Shown here in pieces: positions 47,661 to 59,752 of a stretch of DNA of 64,000 nucleotides. The stretch comes from Ranitomeya imitator. Its lineage: Eukaryota. The notes beneath the pieces were generated by a model. The model searched no databases and was not told the origin of the DNA. It saw only the letters and a program-made list of their open reading frames with translations. The first letter of the stretch is position 1, and the number at the start of each line of letters is the position of its first letter. The position numbers and the translations under genes were made by a program. The stretch lies in NCBI RefSeq assembly GCF_032444005.1, contig NC_091283.1, positions 247,628,001-247,692,000 on the forward strand. The letters are read 5' to 3'.

Positions 47661-48339
47661 ATAACCCGTGTTTGGACCGTTCATCCGGACTTTCTCAAGC
47701 CATTTGCTACTTCTTTCCCTTTGTAGAGCCTAGAAAATGGATACCAAGTATCCAAGCACACCACTGAAAGGCGGTATATTAAAAAATATATAATTTTATT
47801 CAAGGGTTTAATACACATAGTAAAACATCATGAATCAAAAAGTAGCATGAAACATGTAGGAGGGGATGAATAAGAGGAAAATACTGAAGCAAGTAAGAGT
47901 GGTGGAGTGAAATAGTAACAGGCTATGGGTAGGTGAATAGTGTTAAATATGCTTATTTTGCACATTTATTTAATCAGAACTATTTACCAGGTGCATTACT
48001 CTTAACCCCTTCCCGACCCATGACGCCACGTAGGCGTCATGAAAGTCGGTGCCAAACCAACCCATGACGCCTATGTGGCGTCATGGAAAGATCGCGTCCC
48101 TGCAGATCGGGTGAAAGGGTTAACTCCCATTTCACCCGATCTGCAGGGACAGGGGGAGTGGTAGTTTAGCCCAGGGGGGGTGGCTTCACCCCCCCCCCCC
48201 GTGGCTACGATCGCTCTAATTGGCTGTTGAAAGTGAAACTGCCAATCAGAGCGATTTGTAATATTTCACCTATTATAACGGGTGAAATATTACAATCCAG
48301 CCATGGCCGATGCTGCAATATCATCGGCCATGGCTGGAA

Positions 48340-48665
48340 ATACTAATGTGCCCCCACCCCACCCCACTGATCGCCCCCCCAGCCCTCCGATCTGCCCGGT
48401 ACACTGCCCCGCTCCCCTGCGTCCTGTGCTCCACTCCCCCCCGTGCTCTTGTCCGCTCCACCCGTGCTCCAATCACTCCCCGTGCTCCAATCACCCCCCC
48501 CCCCGCACTCCGATCCACCCCCCGTGCTCCGTTCCACCCCCCGTGCTCTGTTCCACACCCCCCCCGTGCTCCATTCCACCCCCCCGTGCTCCGTTCCACC
48601 CCTCCCGCGTTCCGATCCACACCCCCCCATGCTCCGATCCCCCCCCCGTGCTCTCCCCCCACCCC
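48340..48665. repeat. C-rich degenerate minisatellite (CCCCCCGTGCTCCG..)
   Basis: Read directly. Explains the Pro- and Gly-rich spurious ORFs. Confidence 0.85.
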
Positions 48666-48870
48666 ATCATACTTACCGATCCTGCCGGGGTCCGTCCGTC
48701 TTCTCCCTGGGCGCCGCCATCTTCCAAAATGGCGGGCGCATGCGCAGTGCGCCCGCCGAATCTATCTATAATCTATCCCAGTGATCAAAATAAAAAAATG
48801 ATAAATGACCCCCCCCCCTTTGTCACCCCCATAGGTAGGGACAATAAAAAAATATAGAATTTTTTTTTCC

Positions 48871-49239
48871 NNNNNNNNNNNNNNNNNNNNNNNNNNNNNN
48901 NNNNNNNNNNNNNNNNNNNNNNNNNNNNNNNNNNNNNNNNNNNNNNNNNNNNNNNNNNNNNNNNNNNNNNNNNNNNNNNNNNNNNNNNNNNNNNNNNNNN
49001 NNNNNNNNNNNNNNNNNNNNNNNNNGTTAGGGCTAGGGCTAGGGGTNNNNNNNNNNNNNNNNNNNNNNNNNNNNNNNNNNNNNNNNNNNNNNNNNNNNNN
49101 NNNNNNNNNNNNNNNNNNNNNNNNNNNNNNNNNNNNNNNNNNNNNNNNNNNNNNNNNNNNNNNNNNNNNNNNNNNNNNNNNNNNNNNNNNNNNNNNNNNN
49201 NNNNNNNNNNNNNNNNNNNNNNNNNNNNNNNNNNNNNNN
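48871..49239. other. Assembly gaps (N 48871-49025 and 49047-49239) around a TTAGGG/CTAGGG fragment
   Basis: N runs in the sequence. Confidence 0.99.
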
Positions 49240-49550
49240 ACGTATTCTGGTCCTCTGCGGATTTTTCCGCTGCGGATTTGATAAATCCGCAGTGCTAAAC
49301 CGCTGCGGATTTATGGCGGATTTACCATGTTTTTTCTGCGCATTTCACTGCGGTTTTACAACTGCGATTTTCTATTGGAGCAGTTGTAAAACCGCTGCGG
49401 AATCCGCAGAAAGAAGAGACATGTAAACCGCTGCGTTTCCGTGCAGTTTTTCTGCAGCATGTGTACAGCGATTTTTGTTTCCCATAGGTTTACATTGAAC
49501 TGTAAACTCATGGGAAACTGCTGCGTTTTCCGCAGCGTGTGCACATACCT
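49240..49550. mobile_element. Right part of a Harbinger-type MITE (left end in the gap)
   Basis: Ends GTGTGCACATACCT|TTA. CCGC/GCGG subterminal repeats resemble 10920-11240. Confidence 0.65.
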
Positions 49551-49559
49551 TTAGAATTA

Positions 49560-52500
49560 GGCCATGTGCACACGGTGTGGATTTGGCTGCGGATCTGTAG
49601 CGGGTTGGTCACTGCGTACGGTGTTCATTTTAGGACATGGTCACAAATCAAAGTCAAACATCAGAAATACTCTGTCTGATACCTCATTCTGATACTTGAG
49701 TCTGATACCTGAGTCTGATACCTGAGTCTGATACCTGACTCTGATACCTGACTCTGATACCTGACTCTGATACCTGACTCTGATACTTGACTCTGATACT
49801 TGACTCTGATACTTGAAATTAGTAAAATTAGCTAAAATTAGTACCTGGGATCACTTGAGCTTGTGGTGCAATGGTAAGACCGACAGCTGTAGTGTCTAGA
49901 TGCCGGATTCGTTTTTTTTCCACCAGATCGGTTTTATTTTTCTGCCGGATCCCTTTTTTTTACGCCGGATCCATGTTTTTACACCGGATCCGATTTTTTT
50001 TACGTCGGATCTGTTTTTTTACGCCGGATTCGGGTGTTTTTACGTTTTTCTTCTGCCAGATCCGTTTTCTTCGCCGGATCCGTTTTTTTACGCCGAATCC
50101 GTTTTTTTTCGCCGGATCCTTTTTTTTCTGCCGACTCTGTTTTTTTTAACGCCATATCCATTTTTTTACGCCTGATCAGTTTATTTTTCCGCCGGATCCG
50201 TTTTTCTTCCGCCGGATCCGTTTTCTTCACCGGATCCGTTTTTTTACGCCAAATACTTTTTTTTCGCCGGATCTTTTTTTTCTGCCGTATGTTTTTTTAC
50301 GCCATATCCATTTTTTACGCCGGATTCGTTTTTTTTTTTTTTTTTTTTACACCGAATCCGTTTTTTTCTGCCGGATGTTTTTTTACGCCATATGCATTTT
50401 TTACGCCTGATCCGTTTGTTTTTTTTACGCCGGATCCGTTTTTTTTACACCGGATTTTGTTTTTTCGCCGGATCTGTTTTTTTTCGCCTGATCCATTTTT
50501 TTTTATGCCAAATCCGTTTTTTTTGCCTGATCCATTTTTTTCTTCCAGATTCGTTTTTTTTACACACCTGATCAATTTGTTTTTGCGCCGGATCCGTTTT
50601 TTTCCACCGGATCCGTTTTTCTTCTGCCGGCAGAAGAAAAACGGATCCGGCGGAAAAAAACGGATCCGGCGTAAAAAAAAAAAAGGATCCAGCGTAGAAA
50701 TAAACGGATCAAGCATAAAAAAAACGGATCCGGATAAAAAAATGGATCCGGGAAAAAAAACGGATTCGGCGTAAAAAAACGGATCCGGCAAAAAAAAACA
50801 GATCCGGCAAAAAAAAAACGGATTCGGCGTAAAAAAACGGATCCGGGAAAAAAAACTGATCTGGCAAAAAAATGGATCCGGTGTAAAAAAACGTATCCAT
50901 CATAAAAAAAAGTGTTTTTTTTACGCCGGATCCGTTTTTTCCGCCTGCAGAAGAAAAACGGATCCGGCGGAAAAAAACGTATCTGGCGTAAAAAAAAAAA
51001 GGAACCGGCGTAAAAATAAATGGATCAGGCGTAAAAAAAAAAAACGGATCCGGTGTAAAAAAAAACGGATCCGGCGTTAAAAAAAACGGATCCGGCGTAA
51101 AAAAATGGACATGGCGTTAAAAAAATGGATCCGGCGAAAAAAAACGGATCCGGCGTAAAAAAAATGGACATGGCGTTAAAAAAACAGATTCGGCGTAAAA
51201 AAACTGATCCGGCGAAAAAAAACGGTCTGGCAATAATACCGGATCTGGCAAAAAAAACAGATCCGGTGTAAAAAAAAAACGGATCCAGCGTTAAAAAAAC
51301 GGATCCGGCGTAAAAAAATGGATATGGCGTTAAAAAAATGGATCCGGCCAAAAAAAAACGGATCTGGCGGAAGAAAAATGGATCCGACGTACAAAAAAAA
51401 CAGATAAGGCAAAAAAAAAACCGGATCTGGCATAAAAAAAATGGATCCGGCGAAAAAAACGGATCCGGCAGAAAAAAAACGGATCTGGCGTAAAAAAAAC
51501 GGATCCAGCAAAAAAAAAACGGATCTGGCAGAAAAAAAACGGATCTGGCGAAAAAAAACGGATCCGGTGTAAAAAAAACGGATCTGATGTAAAAAAAACG
51601 GATCCGGAGTAAAAAAAAAGGATCCTGTGTAAAAATCGGATCAGGCAGAAGAAAAATCGGAGCCGGCAGACAAAAACGGATCCGGCGGACAAAAACGGAT
51701 CCGGAAAAAAAAACGGATCCTGAGGTAACAAAACCGATCCTGCGTCTAGAGGCTACAGCCGTCGGCATTACCATTGCACCACAAGCTCAAGTGATCCCAG
51801 GTCCTAATTTTAGCTAATTTTACTAATTTCATGTATCAGAATCAAGTATCAAGACTCAGGTATCGGAGTCAAGTATCAGAGTCAAGTATCAGAGTCAAGT
51901 ATCAGAGTCAAGTATCAGAGTCAGGTATCAGAGTCAGGTATCAAAGTCAAGTATCAGAGCCAAGTATCAGAGTCAGGTATCAAAGTCAGGTATCAGAGTC
52001 AAGTATCAGAGTCAAGTATCAGAGTCAGGTATCAAAGTCAAGTATCAGAGTCAGGTATCAGAGTCAGGCATCAAAGTCAAGTATCAGAGTCAAGTATCAG
52101 AGTCAAGTATCAGAGTCAAGTATCAGAGTCAAGTATCAGAGTCAGGTATCAAAGTCAGGTATCAGAGTCAAGTATCAGAGTCAAGTATCAGAGTCAGGTA
52201 TCAAAGTCAAGTATCAGAGTCAAGTATCAGAGTCAGGTATCAAAGTCAAGTATCGGAGTCAGGTATCAAAGTCAAGTATCAGAGTCAAGAATCAGAGTCA
52301 AGTATCAGAGTCAAGTATCAGAGTCAAGTATCAGAATGAGGTATCAGACAGAGTATTTCTGATGTTTGACTTTGATTTGTGACTTTGATATGTGAAAGTC
52401 AGGTATCAGACTCAAGTATCAGAATGAGGTATCAGACAGAGTATTTCTGATGTTTGACTTTGATTTGTGACAATGTCCTAAAATGAACACCGTAGCTGCG

Positions 52501-52733
52501 GATTCGCAGCACTGTTCCATCAGGTTTACAGTACCAAGTAAACCTATGGAAAACCAAATCCGCTGTGCCCATGGTGCGGAAAATACCGTGCGGAATCCAC
52601 AGATGAAATCCGCACAAAAACCACTGGAAATCCGCGGAAAATCCGCAGGTAAAACGCAGTGCCTTTTACCCGCGGATTTTTAAAAAATTATGCTGAAAAA
52701 TCTCACACGAATCCGCAACGTGGGCACATAGCC
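49560..52733. mobile_element. 3.2-kb palindromic Harbinger-type element with expanded internal satellites
   Basis: TTA|GGCCATGTGCACAC ... GTGGGCACATAGCC|TTA (TIR 12/14, identical TTA TSD). Inverted arms contain a 13-bp repeat (49690-49815; 51835-52336) and a CCGGATCCG(T/A)n repeat core. Confidence 0.85.
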
Positions 52734-52979
52734 TTAGGGTTAGGGTTGGGGTTAGGGTTGTGATTAGGGTTATGGCTACAGTTGGGATTAGGGTTACGGG
52801 TGTGGGGGGGTTAGTGTTGGAGGTAGAATTGAGGGGTTTCCACTGTTTAGGCACATCAGGGGTCTCCAAACGCAACATGGCGCCACCATTGATTCCAGCC
52901 AATCTTGTATTCAAAAAGTCAAATGGTGCTCCCTCAATTCCGAGCCCCGACGTGTGCCCAAACAGTGGTTTACCCCCAC

Positions 52980-55720
52980 ATATGGGGTACCAGCATACTC
53001 AGGATAAACTGCGCAACAATTACTGGGGTCCAATTTCTCCTGTTACCCTTGTGAAAATAAAAAAATGCTTGCTAAAACATCATTTTTGAGGAAAGAAAAA
53101 TGATTTTTTTATTTTCACGGCTCTGCGTTGTAAACGTCTGTGAAGCACTTGGGGGTTCAAAGTGCTCACCACATATCTAGATAAGTTCCTTGGGGGGTCT
53201 AGTTTCTAAAATGGGGTCACTTGTGGGGGGTTTCTACTGTTTAGGCACACCAGGGGCTCTGCAAACGCAACGTGACGCCCGCAGACCATTCCATCAAAGT
53301 CTGCATTTCAAAAGTCACTACTTCCCTTCTGAGCCCCGACGTGTGCCCAAACAGTGGTTTACCCCCACACATGGGGTATCAGCGTACTCAGGAGAAACTG
53401 GACAACAACTTTTGGGGTCCAATTTCTCCTGTAACCCTTGGGAAAATAAAAAATTCTGGGCTAAATAATTATTTTTGAGGAAAGAAAACGTATTTATTAT
53501 TTTCACGGCTCTGCGTTGTAAACTTCTGTGAAGCACTTGGGGGTTCAAAGTGCTCACCACACATCTAGATAAGTTCCTTTCGGGGTCTAGTTTCCAAAAT
53601 GGGGTCACTTGTGGGGGGTTTCTACTGTTTAGCCACATGAGGGGCTCTGCAAACGCAACATCAAAGTCTGCATTTCAAAACGTCACTACTTCACTTCCGA
53701 GCCCCGGCGTGTGCCCAAACAGTGGTTTACCCTCACACATGGGGTATCAGTGTACTCAGGAGAAACTGGACAACAACTTTTGGGGTGAAATTTCTCCTGT
53801 TACCCTTGGGAAAATACAAAATTGCAGGCTAAAAATCATTTTTGAGAAAATAATTTATATTTTTTATTTTCATGGCTCTGCGTTATAAACTTCTGTGAAG
53901 CACTTGGGGGTTCAAAGTCCTCACCACACATCTAGATAAGTTCCTTTGGGGGTCTAGTTTCTAAAATGGGGTCACTTGTGGGGGGTTTCTACTGTTTAGC
54001 CACATCAGGGGCTCTGCAAACGCAACGTGACGCCCACAGAGCATTCCATCAAAGTCTGCATTTCAAAACGTCACTACTTCACTTCCGAGCCCCGGCATGT
54101 GCCCAAACAGTGGTTTACCCCCACATATGGGGTATCAGCGTACTCAGAAGAAACTGGACAACAAATTTTGGGGTCAAATTTCTCCTGTTACCCTTGGGAA
54201 AATAAAAAATTGCAGGCTAAAAGATCATTTTTGAGAAAATAATTTTTTTTTTTTTCATGGCTCTGCGTTATAAACTTCTGTGAAGCACTTGGGGGTTCAA
54301 AGTCCTCACCACACATCTAGATTAGTTCCTTTGGGGGTCTAGTTTCCAAAATGGGGTCATTTGTGGGGGATCTCCAATGTTTAGGCATACAGGGGCTCTC
54401 CAAACGTGACATGGTGTCCGCTAATGATTGGAGCTAATTTTCCATTTAAAAAGCCAAATGGCGTGCCTTCCCTTCCGAGCCCTGCCGTGCGCCCAAACAG
54501 TGGTTTACCCCCACATATGGGGTATCAGCATACTCAGGACAAACTGGACAAGAACATTTGGGGTCCAATTTCTCCTATTACCCTTGGCAAAATAGGAAAT
54601 TCCAGGCTAAAAAATCATTTTTGAGGAAAGAAAAATTATTTTTTATTTTCATGGCTCTGCGTTATAAACTTCTGTGAAGCACCTGGGGGTTTAAAGTGCT
54701 CAATATGCATATGCATCTAGATAAGTTCCTTGGGGGGTCTAGTTTCCAAAATGGGGTCACTTGTGGGGGAGCTCCAATGTTTAGGCACACAGGGGCTCTC
54801 CAAACGCGACATGGTGTCCGCTATCAATTGGAGCTAATTTTCCATTCAAAAAGTCAAATGGCGCGCCTTCCCTTCCGAGCCCTGCCGTGTGCCCAAACAG
54901 TGGTTTACCCCCACATATGAGGTATCGGCGTACTCGGGAGAAATTGCCCAACAAATTTTATGATCCATTTTATCCTATTGCCCATGTGAAAATGAAAAAA
55001 TTGAGGCGAAAAGAATTTTTTTGTGAAAAAAAGTACTTTTTCATTTTTACAGATCAATTTGTGAATCACCTGGGGGTTTAAAGTGCTCACTAGGCATCTA
55101 GATAAGTTCCTTGGGGGGTCTAGTTTCCAAAATGGGGTCACTTGTGGGGGAGCTCCAATGTTTAGGCACACAGGGGCTCTCCAAACGCGACATGGTGTCC
55201 GCTAACGATGGAGATAATTTTTCATTCAAAAAGTCAAATGGCGCCCCTTCCCTTCCGAGCGTTACCATGTGCCCAAACAGTGGTTTACCCCCACATGTGA
55301 GGTATTGATGTACTCTGGAGAAATTGCCCAACAAATTTTAGGATCCATTTTATCCTGTTGCCCATGTGAAAATGAAAAAATTGAGGCTAAAAGAATTTTT
55401 TTGTGAAAAAAAAAGTACTTTTTCATTTTTACGGATCAATTTGTGAAGCACCTGGGGGTTCAAAGTGCTCACTATGCATCTAGATAAGTTCCTTTGGGCG
55501 TCTAGTTTCCAAAATGGTGTCACTTGTGGGGGAGCTCCAATTTTTAGGCACACGGGGGCTCTCCAAACGTGACATGGTGTCCGCTAAAGAGTGGAGCCAA
55601 TTTTTCATTCAAAAAGTCAAATGGCGCTCCTTCCCTTCCAAGCCCTGCCGTGCGCCCAAACAGTGGTTTACCCCAACATATGAGGTATCGGTGTACTCAG
55701 GACAAATTGGACAACAACAT
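52980..55720. repeat. About 7 tandem units of a 367-394-bp satellite
   Basis: Marker GAA(G/T)CAC(T/C)TGGGGGTT at 53142, 53530, 53897, 54282, 54676, 55063 and 55445. Confidence 0.9.
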
Positions 55721-57106
55721 TCGTGGTTCAGTTTCTCCTTTTACCATTGGGAAAATAAAAAAATTGTTGCTAAAAGATTACTTTTGTGACTAAAAAGTTA
55801 AATGTTCATTTTTTCCTTCCATGTTGCTTCTGCTGCTGTGAAGTACCTGAAGGGTTAATAAACTTCTTGAATGTGGTTTTGAGTACCTTGAGCGGTGCAT
55901 TCTTTAGAATGGTGTCACTTTTGGGTATTTTCAGCCATATAGACCCCTCAAACTGACTTCAAATGTGAGGTGGTCCCTAAAAAAATGGTTTTGTAAATTT
56001 CGTTGTAAAAATGAGAAATCGCTGGTCAAATTTTAACCCTTATAACTTCCTAGCAAAAAAAAATTTTGTTTCCAAAATTGTGCTGATGTAAAGTATTTAT
56101 GTGGGAAATGTTATTTATTAACTATTTTGTGTCACATAACTCTCTGGTTTAACAGAATAAAAATTCAAAATGTGAAAATTGTGAAAATTTTCGCCAAATT
56201 TCCGTATTTTTCACAAATAAACGCAGAATTTATTGACCTAAATTTACCACTAACATGAAGCCCAATATGTCACGAAAATACAATCTCAGAACCGCTAGGA
56301 TCCGTTGAAGCGTTCCTGAGTTATTACCTCATAAAGGGACACTGGTCAGAATTGCAAAAAACGGCAAGGTCTTTAAGGTCAAAATAGGCTGGGTCATGAA
56401 GGGGTTAAAGAAAAATGTAATGATATTTTCATAAAAAATGTAGTGGTTTATTGAATTGTCCACAGAAAAACCACATTGCAACAAAACATAAAATAGATTA
56501 AATAGTTACGAACAGGTTGTCCATTTGTTCCTATCAGTGTTTGTTCCACATCTTTCCCAAAGTTCTGAATGGTAAAAGCTGTCTGTCTGTGTGAAGTCTG
56601 AAGTCATCATGGCTACCAGTTGTTCCTTCCTACTGTGAATTGTCTGATGTCCATGGAGAATGATGGTGAAGGCAGGAAGTGGCAGCCCCCACGTGACAGC
56701 CCCCTCCCTCCTAAGAGACGTAATTATATATGTCCCACAATACCACGTGTTCTCTCTATATGGTGATAACTTATACTCTGAGCTATATATACATAAATAG
56801 CTTTTGTAATGTGAGCGAACTACACTGTGTTCAGTACAGAATTGAGAATAAGAATAATTAATAATTAATATTTAACAATTTCCCCTTTTGACGGTGACAG
56901 AAATTGATTGGAACCCTCAAAGTAAACATATTAATAAGATCTTCTTTCTTCTTTTCTTCTTCTTTGGCAAAATAATTTAATGTTCATAATAATATACATA
57001 ATAATAATACTGTTATACATACTCAATAACATAATGATATGTTGCTTAGTATGTTATATATTTTAAATGATTTCAACACTCCAGTTAATACGAATTATAG
57101 TGCTAT

Positions 57107-58363
57107 TGTTATGGTTTCAATCAGATATATATATAATTCTCCCACATGTATTCAGAGGCCCATCCCCCAGTTACTGCATTACCACCATGTGTCCTACATG
57201 AAGCCCCCTCCTACAGTTGCAAAAAGCTGGTAAATCAGGTTTCATTGAGGATTGAGGTGAAGTAACTTTGCCAGTGGACAATAGACTGGTGACATCATTC
57301 CCCACACGTGTGGACTGGACACACCTCGGGTAGCTGGAGAGATATAACAGAGGATATGTGCTTGGGCCCGTTCTCTTGCTTCCTGGACGATCAGTGATGA
57401 ACTCCTACCATGCTAATGTAATGTATGACTTATGACTTTATTGATTATGTGTTATTTTGAGTGACTTTATATTTATTATCTTTTATTAAGTAAATTCATT
57501 TTAGTTTATTCAATTGTTGTATGAGCATTTATTTATTCATCACAATTCTTTGAACCTTAATAAAACAAGTGGTGTCAGAAGTGGGATTTTGTCTTGAATA
57601 AAAATGTTTGCAAAATTGAATAAGTTTGATAAGACTAGGAAAGCAGTTGAGAGTAGTGCTAGATCCTTGCCGGAATGGGTGTTGTCAGGACCGTGGACCC
57701 CAATGGCACAAGAATGTAATAAGTATATGGAGGGACAGCGTTTAGCAAATCTCCAGGATGTGGCTGCAAAATTTGATCTCTCAAGTTATGATGCAAAGGA
57801 GCAAAAAACAGCAGCTGCCGTTGGATGGGTCTGTGTCCAGGCACTGCAAAGTTTGCAGGAGGAGATTGATCACTTGCATTTAGAGCTGCATACAGTTATA
57901 GAGCAAAGGATCAGCTTGCAATCAGCTTTGAGAGATCAAGTGAAACAACATGACAAAATGCAAAAAAAGTTTTGAAGAATATGTGATAAAAAAATATGAA
58001 TAAGCGCAGGAGGAGACAGCAGCCAGTGTCAGATAGTCATACTGCACATGTTAGAACCATGATTGCACATGAGAAATGGTCAGATTTGTTAGAATGTGAT
58101 GACTTAGAAAATGAGGTAGAACTGCATGCCAGACCTATTGTGGTAACAAAGACCAAGAGAGAAGTCACTCAGAGTAGGGAAGATAGGATGGATGCAGGAG
58201 ATGCAGCTGTTGGCGCAGAATCCGCCATGACAGAGGAAACTGGAAATTATACAGCAGGAGAGCTAACAGAATTAGCTACCAGGTATAGGCAGCAAGCAGG
58301 AGAGAATTTATTAACATGGATTCTCAGTTTATGGGATTTGGTCATAGGAATTGCAAATATTTG
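57107..58363 (+). mobile_element. ERV-L-like (class III) endogenous retrovirus, 5' LTR + PBS + 5' gag; interrupted by Gypsy C
   Basis: Putative LTR TGTTATGGTTT (57107, start uncertain) to ..AAAACA (57567), a 2-nt spacer, then PBS TGGTGTCAGAAGTGGGAT (57570-57587) matching the tRNA-Leu(CAA) 3' end. Gag motifs follow. Confidence 0.75.
57604..58363 (+). pseudogene. ERV-L-type gag, N-terminal part, two +1 shifts in A-runs
   Basis: GWVCVQALQSLQEEIDHL (coiled coil), VRTMIAHEKW, ARPIVVTK and EETGNYTAGELTELATRYRQQAGENLLTWILSLWD parallel recalled HERV-L/MuERV-L gag motifs (GWLLL..L, VRALIGKEW, SRPIT, EEVRYT.KEL.EF...YKQK.GE..WEWILRVWD). Confidence 0.75.
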
Positions 58364-59293
58364 TGTTAGGGGTCGAGTTCCCGCTTCTGCTGCGGTCTCC
58401 CATTCCTCTCCTGCCGCAGGTAAACCTGCTCAGCAGAGACGACGGTCCTTGCGTCTGGCTCAGTCTCACTCTGTGCTTAGGCTTGCTGTTGCTTCTCCAG
58501 CTTTTGCCATTAAAGCCAGTGCTGGGCAGCAGCGAGCGGACGCTTTTGGGACTAAGTCCTCCTTTTTCCCTTCTGAGCATGCCCAGGGTTAGATCTCCCA
58601 TTGGAGATCAAGGGTCACATGCTCAGATGCTGCAGTGGTTCCCATTGGTCCTCCTGGCAGGTCCTGAAAGGGCTAACTTCTGTGGCAGCTGCCCATTGGT
58701 CCTTTATTGGAAGGTCCTGAAAGTACTACAGCTATATAAGCTTCGCATGACCGCACGGCCATGCGCTAGTGTACAATTGTATACGTGTGTTTGTTGTGAG
58801 TGCAAGTCGTTCATTAAATACCCCTACCCTATTGTATGATTGTTCGCCTATGGAGTATGGCTGCTATCTAGCGCCCGACTAACCACTCAACGTGTCACAC
58901 ACGTATCAGCGTCTATTGCTGTGACCGCCAGTGCGGCGCCACGCGCCAGTAGTGCGCTTCCTGACCCACGTCTGGGTGCTTAGTGGTGTCTGCCAGCACG
59001 GCACAGTTCGCACTTCGGTGCTCTAATTATAAGAGTTACCTTACACACCCAGTTGCGGTGTTGTGTCAGCAAGTGGTCTAATCGGACTTCAATCCTGAGT
59101 CTTGGGGTTGTGTTCGCTGACTCCTTGCTTGCACTCTTTAGTGCGGTATTGCGGACCTGTGGCTTTACCGGGTTCACTTCCACCGCCATATTACGCTGCC
59201 ATTTACTAGCAGCAGGTTTTCACCTGCATGGTGGACCCCGGACTGCGAACGCATCTATTACATCTTTCTTGGTGCGTTCCGCCAGTCCTAACA

Positions 59294-59728
59294 GAACATT
59301 AAGATTAACATTAAGATCTCCTTCTCTACTCCCCTATTATCTCCTCTTCCCACAATCGCATACAAGATTTCTCTCGTGCATCCCCCCTACTCTGGAATGC
59401 TCTACCACAACATATCAGACTCTCGCCTACCATCGAAACCTTCAAAAAGAACCTGAAGACCCACCTCTTCCGACAAGCCTACAACCTGCAGTAACCACCG
59501 ATTGACCAAACCGCTGCACGGCCAGCTCTACCCTCACCTACTGTATCCTCACCCATCCCTTGTAGATTGTGAGCCCTCGCGGGCAGGGTCCTCTCTCCTC
59601 CTGTACCAGTTGTGACTTGTATTTTTCAAGATTATTGTACTTGTTTTATTATGTATACCCCTCCTCACATGTAAAGCGCCATGGAATAAATGGCGCTATA
59701 ATAATAAATAATAATAATAATAATAACA
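59294..59728 (+). mobile_element. L2-clade LINE 3' fragment inserted at the LTR/leader junction of Gypsy C
   Basis: Highly similar to 16560-16970, with a (TAA)n tail. TAACA occurs on both sides (59289-59293, 59724-59728). Confidence 0.85.
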
Positions 59729-59752
59729 TTAGCGCCAGGGTCTGGCTAGTAA

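Larger units (their letters stand above)
48006..56404. mobile_element. Large piggyBac-type non-autonomous element (inverted relative to 17668-20949) with nested Harbinger MITEs and a ~380-bp satellite
   Basis: TTAA|CCCCTTCCCGACCC (48002-48019) and GGGTCATGAAGGGG|TTAA (56391-56408). 52734-56404 is homologous in reverse to 17668-19540. Continuity crosses N gaps. Confidence 0.75.

Noticed and set aside
49871-52382. F/R/K-rich and SQV-repeat ORFs
   Set aside because: Low-complexity satellite translation inside the palindromic MITE.
57570-57587. tRNA-Leu gene
   Set aside because: Only 18 nt complementary to the tRNA 3' end including CCA, so it is a primer-binding site and not a gene.
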